Positions 19,354-29,270 of a stretch of DNA of 64,000 nt are shown here, piece by piece. A program made the position numbers and the translations under genes. Position 1 is the first letter of the stretch; the number at the start of each line of letters is the position of its first letter. The stretch spans positions 26,949 through 90,948 of the forward strand of contig JAHEAD010000002.1 of assembly GCA_019721075.1 (NCBI GenBank), given 5' to 3'. The notes under the pieces are model-generated. The model was given only the letters and a program-made list of their open reading frames with translations, was not told where the DNA came from and searched no databases. This stretch comes from Candidatus Sysuiplasma jiujiangense (GTDB lineage Archaea > Thermoplasmatota > Thermoplasmata > Sysuiplasmatales > Sysuiplasmataceae).

Positions 19354-22335
19354 TCAGGTCTTCGTCACCGGGAACAGTATCAGGAAGCTCAGCGATGCTT
19401 CCGGGGACGCCGACCATTTCATCGAGGAAGCAGGTATCCATGACCTGTAGTAGGCGATGGCTATTGGCTGGTAGTCACCGACCAGAAGATCCAGTTTCAC
19501 CGAGAGGTAGTCCGCAAGCCAGTAGTCGTTTGCCCTTTGTGTGGGCACAAGCTCGCCAGCGCCTGCTGCGCTCGCATTCCACATCTCGTTAATCATCTTC
19601 CACTGGTGCGGATTTGTCGTAGCGTTGAATCCGGGTCCCGAAAACAGTCCGTCAGGATACGAGTATATTCCGTATGGCTGGACGAAAGGCGCCGCAAAGT
19701 CTGTCGGGTCAGGATAGTCGTCTATCCATCCGAGGAAGTACAGGGGCAGCGGATTCTGGGCTGCCGGAACAGCAGTGACTGATAGAAGCGTGGCGAAGTT
19801 GATGTCCTGAAGGAACGGCTTGACAGCGTTGTTGGTTGCATTCTCAATGGCAGGTATCCAGTAGGACTCTATCATCGAGTCCTGTATCGGACTGCCGGAT
19901 ATGGAGAATATCGGGAATGTTATCGAACCTGCCGTTGCGTTCGCATATGGTGACTGACTCCAGTAGTACTTGGCGAGTGTCATGTTGTAATACGGTACCC
20001 AGTGATTATAGGTCATGTTTGATATGTTCCCGGGATAGTCAAGCAGGCCCGAAGGAAGGAAACCGGTAAGATTCTCAGCGAACTTGATTCCGCTGTTCGT
20101 ATTCATCGACATGTACTGCGCCTGGTCGAACGCGTATGTGAATGCCCTCCTCACGCTAAGGTTTGCGAAGAAGAGAGAAACTTCCCAGCTGCCCGGAATT
20201 CCCGTGCCGCTCGAAGTGGAGTTCACGCCCGTGGCGTTCTCATATATTATGGATGACTTCGGGAAAGACACTGTCCCAGAGGATACCGACTGAAGATCTG
20301 TGACGTTCGTCTGCAGATTGAAGAACCATGTGAACAGTGCGAGTTCGGGGGTTGTTATGGAATTGGCCTGACCGGCCTTTATCATTTTCAGTACCAGCGG
20401 CGTGGAGCTTGGCGGGAATGCACCCTCGGCAAAGTCAGCAGCACCGGTCTGGAATGCTTCCTGTGCTACCGATTCCGATGTGTAGTAGTAAATGGTTATT
20501 CTCGGCTGGAGTGCACTCGGAGCAGGGTAGTCCATAGTCTGGGAGTAATTCTGATTCGGAACAAAGCTTATGACCTGACCTGGAAGGGTTGACTGGACAA
20601 TGTACGGTCCCGATCCCATGCTGCCGAACTGAAGCTTCGTGTTCCAGTTGGCTGCATTGCCGTACTGCTGATAATTAAAGAAGGCTGTCGAATAGCCAAG
20701 ACCAGCTGCCGTGTAATTCGTAGCAAATGTGCCAATCGACGCACCGCTGGAATTCGCCCATGCTGCATCCATAACAAAACCGACAGGCTGCGTGAGCAGC
20801 TGGAGGAAGTATACAGATGAACCGTAGCTGGAATACTCAGTTGCAGCAAGACTCTTCTTTGCCGCAGCAGTGGAACTCAATGCGGTGCCGGTAGCCATAT
20901 AGGCGGCGTTGGTGCCGTTTATCGGAGTGACACCGTATACAGACTGGTTGGTTGTTGGCAGGATGTGGAAAGTAACCGAGGTAGAGTTGAAGGTGACAGC
21001 GTGGTCGACCCAGAACGGGGTTGTGTTAAACGGTCCGTAAATTGATACCCCGGGAATAAGGGCATGTGCAAGCAGCCATCCCGGCCTGCCGGGGTCGTTT
21101 GCAAAGAGAAGGGTGCGCAGCACCGAGAAGTATACATCATAGGGAGTGACAGGCTGGCCGTTGGCGAACTTCAGCGTGGCATTGACGTTGAACGTGTAAT
21201 TGACATAGGTTATGTTGCCGACGGTAGAGCTGGCTACTAATCCGTCTGCTTTTGTTGGAACCTGAGTGGCCACAACCGGTATGTAAGAGGATGCGCTGTT
21301 TCCTGGCGCATACTGCACGAGCGGCTGGTAAAGATTGAAGATTGCTTCGTAGCTCACAGTGTCGTAGGCTATCGCAGGGTCAAGTGTGGCGTAACCTCCC
21401 GGTATCCATGTGGCGTCGACAATGCCTGTATGCGTTGAGGGTGAAGAGGAGTGCTTAACTGAAAAAGTGCCTACAGCCGTAGTGGAAACAAATGTCCAGG
21501 TTGATGTTGCGGTCGTGTTGTTGGTGACAACACTCATCGTGAAGGGGTATATGCCCGGCGTCCCCAGATCTTTGCTGCTTAAATTGAGGTAGTTGACACC
21601 GTTTGCGATCTGGGTCGCATTAAAGGTGGCTGAATGTTTCGCTGCTGAAAAAGTCATTTCCTTGAGATTCCAGCCTGATGCAATAGGGTAGCTAGCAAAG
21701 CTTGCCGGCAGGAGTGAGGTGGCATTAAGGTACCCGCCCGTGCTGACAACGTTCGGGTATCCGGCAGTTATATTTTCAGTGTTAGCAGAAGTGGCAGTGA
21801 ATTGTATTTCCGCAGGGTACTGGAGGGCAAGACTGGTAGATGTCGTGCTCGGCGTCACTGAAACGGGTATAAGATTGAGACTGTTGTCGTACGCTTTGTT
21901 CGATGTCGACACAACCTCAACATAAACCAGATAATTCCCCGGACTCGGGTATGTGTATGAAACAGTGGATCCTGATGACCCGCTGTACTTTTTCACAACA
22001 CCGTTGCCGAAATTCCAGACTGTATAACTGATCGAGGAACTCGACAGAGATGTTCCCGAATAGAATGTTATTGGCGTTCCCTGCCCGGCTATGCTGTAAC
22101 TGGCAGAGGCAGGCATTGTAAATGCAGTCGCCTTCGGCGCGGGCTTCGATATGGACAAATAGATGCCCACGCCGGCTATAATCAGCACTATAACAACAAC
22201 AACAGCAATCAATGCACCTCTGGATCTTCGCTTGGGCATCTGCGGGGGCGTTATGCCCTGAGATGCCGATGGAACTCCGCCTGGTGACGGACCGCCTGCT
22301 GCTGCGTTCAACAACGAAAACGTTCTACTGTTCAT
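19354..22335 (-). CDS. ABC transporter substrate-binding protein (family 5) with N-terminal anchor and PKD domain
   Basis: TM segment ALIAVVVVIVLIIAGVGIYL. PKD-like WNFGNG...YTYPSPGNY. SBP5 motifs TLDPAIAYD, GSGPY, VRRAFTYAFD, GWIDDYPDP. Confidence 0.88.
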   Translation of the reverse strand: MNSRTFSLLNAAAGGPSPGGVPSASQGITPPQMPKRRSRGALIAVVVVIVLIIAGVGIYLSISKPAPKATAFTMPASASYSIAGQGTPITFYSGTSLSSSSISYTVWNFGNGVVKKYSGSSGSTVSYTYPSPGNYLVYVEVVSTSNKAYDNSLNLIPVSVTPSTTSTSLALQYPAEIQFTATSANTENITAGYPNVVSTGGYLNATSLLPASFASYPIASGWNLKEMTFSAAKHSATFNATQIANGVNYLNLSSKDLGTPGIYPFTMSVVTNNTTATSTWTFVSTTAVGTFSVKHSSSPSTHTGIVDATWIPGGYATLDPAIAYDTVSYEAIFNLYQPLVQYAPGNSASSYIPVVATQVPTKADGLVASSTVGNITYVNYTFNVNATLKFANGQPVTPYDVYFSVLRTLLFANDPGRPGWLLAHALIPGVSIYGPFNTTPFWVDHAVTFNSTSVTFHILPTTNQSVYGVTPINGTNAAYMATGTALSSTAAAKKSLAATEYSSYGSSVYFLQLLTQPVGFVMDAAWANSSGASIGTFATNYTAAGLGYSTAFFNYQQYGNAANWNTKLQFGSMGSGPYIVQSTLPGQVISFVPNQNYSQTMDYPAPSALQPRITIYYYTSESVAQEAFQTGAADFAEGAFPPSSTPLVLKMIKAGQANSITTPELALFTWFFNLQTNVTDLQSVSSGTVSFPKSSIIYENATGVNSTSSGTGIPGSWEVSLFFANLSVRRAFTYAFDQAQYMSMNTNSGIKFAENLTGFLPSGLLDYPGNISNMTYNHWVPYYNMTLAKYYWSQSPYANATAGSITFPIFSISGSPIQDSMIESYWIPAIENATNNAVKPFLQDINFATLLSVTAVPAAQNPLPLYFLGWIDDYPDPTDFAAPFVQPYGIYSYPDGLFSGPGFNATTNPHQWKMINEMWNASAAGAGELVPTQRANDYWLADYLSVKLDLLVGDYQPIAIAYYRSWIPASSMKWSASPEASLSFLILFPVTKT

Positions 22336-22855
22336 TTTTACTTGACTCCCCTATGATCCTTGATAAGGATTCGGCAAAGCATATTTCTCATGCGATTTAA
22401 ACCTTATTGTGGAGTGAAGCATGAGAATCACTATCACAGAAGGTTCATTTTTCCATATCTGAAAACAAATTTGACACAACATTGCATCAGAACGCTGCCA
22501 GGAAGCCGCCAATAACCCGTTCGGTGAACGAGACACGTTCTGCTTTCGAAAAGCTCGAGGCGGGAATTTGTGGTTAATGTAAGTAGCCGAGTTGTTCCAT
22601 CCCAAAAGAAGCAACTTGGCAGCACAATAGGCTGAATTGCCGGCGGGTTTGCAAGTTCGCAGTCAATTGCAATACCGAGTGAAAAAGGCAGGAACAAGGA
22701 ACATATCCGATCCCTTATACGCGTTCTATGTCTTAGATCATGAAAGATTTCCATGTGAGCTTTCAGACAACAGGAAGGTTCAACATGCAGTGTTTCTTCA
22801 AATCGCAAGTGCTGCAGATAATAAATTATTATAGAAAATAGGCAATCCCTGTGGG

Positions 22856-24010
22856 ATGGACATAATAACGGCAATACTCATACTTCTCAGCGCAGGACTG
22901 GTCCTGGGCCAGATTTTCGAGCATTACGACTTCGCGAGCGTTGCGGGAGAGATCATTGGGGGCATTGTCCTTGGACCCGCCGTGCTTGATTTTGTAAGAC
23001 CGACTCCGGTGCTACTGAGTATTTCCGAGGTGGCACTTTTTTTCATTGTGCTGCTCATCGGGATAGAGATGACGACCGATTTGCTCAAGAAGTCATACGC
23101 AAGAGCGCTGCCGTTGACTACGACGAGTTTTCTGATTCCGCTGTTCATAATGTCGGCACTAATGTATCTGGCATTCGGGATGAATCCCGAGGTTTCCATC
23201 ATAATAGCAATTTCAATCGGTGTCCCGTCTATCTCGATAGCATCAGTTCTGGTCAGAAGCTACGGCCTACTGCAGACATCTGCCGGTTCCATCATACTTG
23301 CGAGCGTCGTTATTTCAGACCTTCTTGCATTCCTTATTTTTTCCTCTTTTCTGAGTGACAGAAATGTTGTTCCCGAAGTAGTCGTTTTCATTCTGTTCGT
23401 GGCTTTTCTCTTCTACCTGGATTACATCATCGCAAGGAATTCCGAAAAGGTGGTAAGGGCATTTGAGCGGCTGCGCGCGAGCGAGCATGGAGAAAAGATC
23501 ATATTTGGAATGATTATACTCAGCGGGCTGCTTGTTTCCACTTTCTTTCAGTACATAGGGATAACATATGTCCTTGGCGCTTTCTTCTCCGGAATGCTGA
23601 TCAGCGAAGTTGTAGTAGGGAGGAACCTCCTCGGCATCATAACCCGCACAATGAATCGGATAAACGAAAGTTTCTTCATACCGCTCTATTTCACAATAAT
23701 AGGACTGAGCACAATCGTTCCAGGTTTCGATTTGCTAGTTGTCCTGGCGGTCCTGCTCGCAGTAACCGGTGGATTTTCCGCATTCCTGAACAGACGGATG
23801 AGTACCAGGCTAGGTCTGGAAACGAATCCTTCCACAACCTCCGGAATACTGGGGGGCAGGGGAGCTGTCGGTGTTGTGATTGCAAGCCTTGCTCTAAGCT
23901 ACTCTCTGATTGACCATCAGCTGTACTCAGTTGTCATTTTTGGAACAGTTATCCAGGCACTGGTCTTACCCATGCTGATAAGGAAAAATGGGAATAAGAT
24001 TGAATCCTGA
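22856..24010 (+). CDS. Cation:proton antiporter (CPA2/KefB-NapA-like)
   Basis: About 12 TM helices. GEIIGGIVLGP, VISD, LGAFFSG, FFIPLYF, GRG. Confidence 0.85.
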   Translation: MDIITAILILLSAGLVLGQIFEHYDFASVAGEIIGGIVLGPAVLDFVRPTPVLLSISEVALFFIVLLIGIEMTTDLLKKSYARALPLTTTSFLIPLFIMSALMYLAFGMNPEVSIIIAISIGVPSISIASVLVRSYGLLQTSAGSIILASVVISDLLAFLIFSSFLSDRNVVPEVVVFILFVAFLFYLDYIIARNSEKVVRAFERLRASEHGEKIIFGMIILSGLLVSTFFQYIGITYVLGAFFSGMLISEVVVGRNLLGIITRTMNRINESFFIPLYFTIIGLSTIVPGFDLLVVLAVLLAVTGGFSAFLNRRMSTRLGLETNPSTTSGILGGRGAVGVVIASLALSYSLIDHQLYSVVIFGTVIQALVLPMLIRKNGNKIES

Positions 24011-24091
24011 TGGTTGAGACGGGACCGGACATCGAAAGCAATACGCAATGTGCAATACCATGTCTGATATTGGCCACTGAGACTATCCGGT

Positions 24092-24409
24092 TCAAAGTGA
24101 TGCCGCGTAAAAGCCGTTGGATCTCAGTGCGCTGTCTGTTTGCTCATTCGCAAGGCGCTGTGTAGCCGCTTCATACTTGAGCACTGTATCGATATCATAT
24201 TCAAGAAAAGCAGCAAGCTTTTCGAGCCTGTCGAACGGAAACGGTTGCCTTCCCACCAGAATCTGTCTCAGCGGCCAGGCAGGATGTATTCTTGACCTGT
24301 ATCCTATTACCCTGGCCAGGCGGTTAAGACCGTCCGCTTTTTCAATGCCTTCGCGTATGAGCCCTATTCGAAAATGGGCAAGAAGCCAAACTTTGCGTTT
24401 TTGTGCCAT
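24092..24409 (-). CDS. Small hypothetical protein, possible XRE/HTH-like
   Basis: GLNRLARVIGY...LRQILVG...LEKLAAFLEY. ATG at 24409, with a TATA-like sequence about 25 nt upstream on the minus strand. Confidence 0.55.
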   Translation of the reverse strand: MAQKRKVWLLAHFRIGLIREGIEKADGLNRLARVIGYRSRIHPAWPLRQILVGRQPFPFDRLEKLAAFLEYDIDTVLKYEAATQRLANEQTDSALRSNGFYAASL

Positions 24410-24988
24410 TTGACTACGATACAATTGCACTATTCATATATAAGTAGTTTCCACCGATTCGCGATTCTGAGGCAGTTCCGGAAACATCACTCACAAACTA
24501 TGACGCCGAAAGCGGGTTGAGTCGATTGGTATCGGACCAGACTCCGCAGGCTCCGTAATGACACCGGCAGATTTCATGCCGCATTTTCAGGCATTTTGTG
24601 AATTTCGGAAACGTTGAATATGCCGGCATGTCATGCAGTGCCCATGCGGTGCGGGACCAGCATATTCGTCTGGCCGCTGGATTTTCATGAATTTGGTGTT
24701 GGTATGCCCTGCAACAGAATGAAAACCTGCCAGCTGCGTAAAGGATGCGCGGCATAGCAGCCGACTGATTATTACCGAGATTTGGAAAGAGGAGGTTTCA
24801 GATTTTAGCGCAACCGCAGGTTTCAATAATTCAAAATGGAATGAATTACAGTCGGCAGTTGTGTAATTTGAAGATCGGCAATCATTTTCTCAAGCAGCAT
24901 CCGGCCGCAAGGCAATTCGGAAAAAAAGGAAGGAGATTGCACTGGCATGTGGTGCGATGGCAGGATCTTACTGTTTTCCAGAGCGAGA

Positions 24989-26245
24989 TCACCGGTTCAG
25001 AGGGTTCATTCTATTCAGCTCGTTCGATAGACTTCCTTCGAGCAGAAGCGGTTTTCCGTCAACAATTGTTGTGTAAACATCGCTTCCCTGTGCGGAGTAG
25101 ACTATGTTTGTTATTGCGCTGGAGGCATTAAGTGGATTCATCCTTATACTCCTGGGAGAAAGAATGACTATGTCGGCTCTCTTGCCTATCTCCAGCGAAC
25201 CAATTTTGTCGAACGAACGCAGTGCCTTTGCCCCGTTTCTGGTAGCCATGTCCAGCGTCTGCATGGCGTTTACGACGCTCGAATCCCATTTTGATACCTT
25301 CTGGAGGTAAGAGGCGGTGCGCATCTCTTCAAACATGTCAAGATTATTGCTGGTCGTTGCGCTGTCTGTTCCTGCCGATACATTGATGCCCATATCCATC
25401 ATTTCCTTGACCGGCGCAATGCCGGAACCCAGCTTCATGTTCGATCGCGCGCAGTGAGCCACACTCACCCCGCCGTTCAACAAGTCTCTCATTTCACTCT
25501 TGATCAACCAGGCACCATGCGCCGCCACTACCGGGGAGCCTTCGAAGAAGTCAAAGCCGTTCAGCCATTCGACGGGCCTCTTTCCGAAGATCCTCTGATG
25601 ATTATAAACCTCCGCCCTTGTCTCCGACAAATGCATGTGCAGCAGTGTTGTATACCTTGATGCAAGATCCCTGGCAGCCCTACATGTCTCCTCCGAACAT
25701 ACATAGACCCCCTGAAGTCCAACTGAAGGGGTTATCAGAGGGTTGTTCCCGTGCGACTTTACAAAATTTTCGGCGTTTGACAGAGGCTTTCCTTTCTGGG
25801 TGGTCTTGTCTTCATCCAGGACAACCCAAGAAAGAAATGCCCTTATGCCTGCAACTTTGCACATATCGGCGATAATGTCCTCCGAATAATACATGTCCAA
25901 GAATGCAGTTGTCCCGGACATTATCATCTCCAGGATCGAAAGTTTTGTCGAGAACTCAATCGAAGCCCTGGTCCTGTGGTTATCGAGACTGAAAGTTTTT
26001 TCGATAAAAGCCTCGAGGTTCATGTCGTCGAGTTTACCACGGAACTCAGTCATCGCGACATGGGTATGTGTATTGATCAGGCCGGGCATTACAATCCCTC
26101 CGCCCGCATCAATAACATAGTCGTCCTTTCTCGCTTTGCTACCGATTTCGGTGATAATCCCGTCTTCGACGTAGATACTGCCCTTCACTACGGAACGTGA
26201 ATCGTCCTGGGTGACGACAAGGCCGTTCTTGATAAGGAGATTCAA
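24989..26245 (-). CDS. Amidohydrolase, 5'-methylthioadenosine/SAH deaminase-like
   Basis: PGLINTHTH, HMHLSET, AHG, HCARSNMKLGSG, GTDS, IGSLEIGKRAD. TTG start at 26245 after GAGGGG SD. Confidence 0.88.
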   Translation of the reverse strand: MNLLIKNGLVVTQDDSRSVVKGSIYVEDGIITEIGSKARKDDYVIDAGGGIVMPGLINTHTHVAMTEFRGKLDDMNLEAFIEKTFSLDNHRTRASIEFSTKLSILEMIMSGTTAFLDMYYSEDIIADMCKVAGIRAFLSWVVLDEDKTTQKGKPLSNAENFVKSHGNNPLITPSVGLQGVYVCSEETCRAARDLASRYTTLLHMHLSETRAEVYNHQRIFGKRPVEWLNGFDFFEGSPVVAAHGAWLIKSEMRDLLNGGVSVAHCARSNMKLGSGIAPVKEMMDMGINVSAGTDSATTSNNLDMFEEMRTASYLQKVSKWDSSVVNAMQTLDMATRNGAKALRSFDKIGSLEIGKRADIVILSPRSIRMNPLNASSAITNIVYSAQGSDVYTTIVDGKPLLLEGSLSNELNRMNPLNR

Positions 26246-26435
26246 ACTGATCTTCCCCTCGATGACTAAGCATAAACAACTATTGGAATTAAAACTGATT
26301 GTATTCCTGAAATCCTGAAACAGAACCCGTGAAGCACAGTGTTGCTGGATTCGGTGTTGAGAGGAAACGGCACCACCGTGCAGGAAGGACAAATTCCAAG
26401 AGCGCCTGAATGCAGTTGCATATCCCCGGCAGAAA

Positions 26436-26511
26436 GGATTCCGTAGCGGAATCCGAACTTCTGAACAACATTAAATACAACCGTACACATACTGTCTGAC
26501 AGATGTCAGAC
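26436..26511. promoter_or_regulatory. Two perfect 8-bp inverted repeats flanking a TATA-like box
   Basis: GGATTCCG-tag-CGGAATCC (26436-26454), TTAAATA (26471-26477), GTCTGACA-ga-TGTCAGAC (26494-26511). Confidence 0.5.
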
Positions 26512-26523
26512 CGGTGATTCGAG

Positions 26524-27801
26524 TTGAAACGCTATTATCAGGAGCCGTTCAATTCAGAGGACATGTACAGGATACCGCAGGGAATGATCGCACAGCCTTC
26601 TGTATACCAGCTTCCGAAAAGCGATAACGCCAGAAAGAGAGAGAGCGGCTCGGGCAAACCCTACAGCATTCTGAGCGCCTCAAAATACATCTTGATGATT
26701 TCACTCATGCTCTACTGGCTCCCGCTTCTCGGACAGATGATCGGCGGTTTCATAGGGGGAAGACGCGCGGGCTCACCGTTCCGCGCCATTCTTGCCGCAC
26801 TGCTGCCTGTGATAGTGCTGTTTGGTCTCTCCAGTGCTCTCCAGGCCGGAGTCATACCAATAAGATTTCAGAACGCCACCATACTCACCTATACGCTCGT
26901 AAAGGACGCGCTAGAGCGACTGCCGATCGCGGCGCCATACGTAAGTTTCGCCACCACCTATGTTGGTTCGTTCATAGACGAGCTCAGGACAGCTGCCTCT
27001 TTCAAGGTTGGAAATTATCTGATTACACTTGCATTTGCTTACGTCGGAGGCATACTTTCGTCCCAGAGCAGGAGGGAGCTCGAATATGTGTCCAGGTACG
27101 GCGCTCCGACAACAAACATACTCGTTTCGGGAGGGCAGCAGCCTAACGACCATGCATATGCACATGCCATCCTTTCGAAGCCTGCAGGCTTTATTCACTC
27201 GCTGATGCCGGCGAGGAGAAGAGCTGCTGCAGGATTTGAGAACATGAGAGCGCTCTATCCCGCGTCGTCGGGCATGACGCCTGTTCCTTCAGCCTATCAG
27301 GCTAGCGAAAAAACGCCGATTTCATACAGGACAGGACCGCTACACTATCCTGAACGGCCCGAAGTGATACCCCGTCCTCAGGTTCGGAGGCCTTCGTCCT
27401 GGGACGATGTTTACGGAACCTCACAGATCAGACAAAACGTTTATCGCGGTACCGCAGGAAACGAAGCGGCCAGCTATAGAGGTGAAAGAAGCAGCTACCG
27501 GCAGAACGCTGCGAATGCCTCCGGTTACCAGGGACCGCCCATCGTAAAGCTTTACAGAGCTGAAGGAAACACTTCAGATATGTCAGTCATAAGAAAAAAC
27601 AAGATAAAGGAGGAAAGCACCAGAAAGCTCGTTGAACGGGCACTGGGCAAGGATTACATGGCCAGTCTCAACAGGAAACACAACCAGCAGAATGGAAATG
27701 GCAGGGATTTCAACTTCTCACAACTCGCGTCCAAGACGGCTTCTGCCGGTGAGAACCTGAAGTCAGGTACAAGAAAGACGAGCGAATGGGAACTGCTGTG
27801 A
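26524..27801 (+). CDS. Hypothetical membrane protein with long low-complexity C-terminal tail
   Basis: TM block around PLLGQMIGGFIGGRRAG, then about 240 aa rich in S/P/R/Y/Q/N. SD GGTGA before TTG. Confidence 0.72.
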   Translation: MKRYYQEPFNSEDMYRIPQGMIAQPSVYQLPKSDNARKRESGSGKPYSILSASKYILMISLMLYWLPLLGQMIGGFIGGRRAGSPFRAILAALLPVIVLFGLSSALQAGVIPIRFQNATILTYTLVKDALERLPIAAPYVSFATTYVGSFIDELRTAASFKVGNYLITLAFAYVGGILSSQSRRELEYVSRYGAPTTNILVSGGQQPNDHAYAHAILSKPAGFIHSLMPARRRAAAGFENMRALYPASSGMTPVPSAYQASEKTPISYRTGPLHYPERPEVIPRPQVRRPSSWDDVYGTSQIRQNVYRGTAGNEAASYRGERSSYRQNAANASGYQGPPIVKLYRAEGNTSDMSVIRKNKIKEESTRKLVERALGKDYMASLNRKHNQQNGNGRDFNFSQLASKTASAGENLKSGTRKTSEWELL

Positions 27802-28140
27802 CTGCTGTGTTCGTACGAAAAATTACACTTTTCCCCGAGATGCCCTCCCCCAATGTGCCTTGTTCGCATTTGCACCATTACAGACATTTATATGCACATT
27901 AGTCAAGGGGTTTCATATATGAGCGGCTAGTACTGTGAAACTGCTGCCGGCTGCCGTCCGCGCGGAACACGGCTGGATGCCGGTTGGCCATGGCATTTCT
28001 CCCTGCCAGGTACTCAAATCTGTGTGTCATGATGAAAGGCTGGAACGGTGGAGACACGAACGTACGAGCGGACCTTCAATTGAGGGCTGAAGTGGTCAAA
28101 AGGATTTTAAAGCAGTACATCTTAAGTTGGGTATGTAATC

Positions 28141-28446
28141 ATGTTTTGCCCGAAATGTAAGTCGCTTATGTTTCCTGAAAATGGAAAGATGAAATGCAGG
28201 AGATGCGGATATGAAGGGTCTGTGGCAAAGGCATCCTCAGGAACCATAAGGTCCGAGATGAATGCAAACAGAGAACTTCTGGTTGTTGAAGGGCGATCGG
28301 ATACACTTCCCAAGACTGATGTGAAGTGCCCCAAATGCGGCAACAACGAGGCCTACTGGGTGCTCAGGCAGACGCGGGCCGCAGACGAGCCGGAGACAAG
28401 GATATACCGGTGCACAAACTGCAGTTACTCCTGGAGGGAGTACTGA
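28141..28446 (+). CDS. tfs: Transcription factor S (TFS)
   Basis: MFCPKCKS...CRRCG and CPKCGN..AYW...QTRAADEPETRIYRCTNC with the catalytic DE pair. Confidence 0.95.
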   Translation: MFCPKCKSLMFPENGKMKCRRCGYEGSVAKASSGTIRSEMNANRELLVVEGRSDTLPKTDVKCPKCGNNEAYWVLRQTRAADEPETRIYRCTNCSYSWREY

Positions 28447-28529
28447 AGCAGGTGAACCGGGCAACCCGACTGCAGACCAACATAACAATTATATTTTCAA
28501 AGCATTTTAACCGCCCGAAGGAATCTCAA

Positions 28530-29264
28530 ATGTTCAAATCCAGCGCGAAGGCAGAAGTTCTGAAACAGATAGTCGATGTAATATCAACGCTTGTCGATGA
28601 AGCAAAATTCAATGTTGACGCAGACGGCATCTCACTGAAGGCGGTCGACCCGGCGCACGTCGCTATGGTGGAGATGTCGCTGGGCAAACAGGCATTTGAG
28701 GAATTCGCTGGCGAGGACACTGAACTCGGTATTGATCTGGAAAAACTGAGGGAAATACTGAAACTCGCGCATTCAGGCGACATTGTGAAAATGGAACACA
28801 ATGAAGACAAGAATCAGCTGATTGTAAAGATAGGGGATGTAACCAGGCGTATGAGCCTGGTGGACACTGCAGGAATGTCTGATCCCAAGGTGCCTAACAT
28901 AGACCTGCCCACAACAATCAAGCTGAAAGCTGAAGAACTGAATTACGGCATCAGGGCATCTGAGAGTGTCTCGGATCATATCGCACTTGTGGCGGATGAC
29001 GACTATTTTGAAATGAGTTCAGAAGGTGATTCCGATTCGGTTGATTTCAGACTGCCGAAAGAGAAACTGATCACTCTGGAGTCCAAGGGAAAAGTGAGGA
29101 GTCTCTTTCCCCTGGATTACTTTTCCAATATGGCAAAGGCCATTTCAGGCGGAAGCGAAGTGAAGATAAACCTCGGAAACAATTATCCTGTCAAGCTTGA
29201 GTTCGAAATTGCAGGCGGCAGCGGACACGTCAAGTATCTTCTCGCACCACGCGTTGAAAGCTGA
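28530..29264 (+). CDS. pcn: DNA polymerase sliding clamp PCNA
   Basis: LKAVDPAHVAMV...YPVKLEF...YLLAPRVES. Start at ATG 28530. Confidence 0.96.
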   Translation: MFKSSAKAEVLKQIVDVISTLVDEAKFNVDADGISLKAVDPAHVAMVEMSLGKQAFEEFAGEDTELGIDLEKLREILKLAHSGDIVKMEHNEDKNQLIVKIGDVTRRMSLVDTAGMSDPKVPNIDLPTTIKLKAEELNYGIRASESVSDHIALVADDDYFEMSSEGDSDSVDFRLPKEKLITLESKGKVRSLFPLDYFSNMAKAISGGSEVKINLGNNYPVKLEFEIAGGSGHVKYLLAPRVES

Positions 29265-29270
29265 AACTCC

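Noticed and set aside
22336-22855. Short ORFs or a riboswitch in the 520-bp divergent gap
   Set aside because: The ORFs overlap each other with no motifs, and no riboswitch or tRNA consensus was recognised. Treated as promoter DNA.
28326-28529. N-terminal extension of PCNA in the ORF track
   Set aside because: Overlaps tfs in another frame. The PCNA fold starts at ATG 28530. The same reasoning was used to trim the 5' extensions at 860, 26392, 30742 and 34307.
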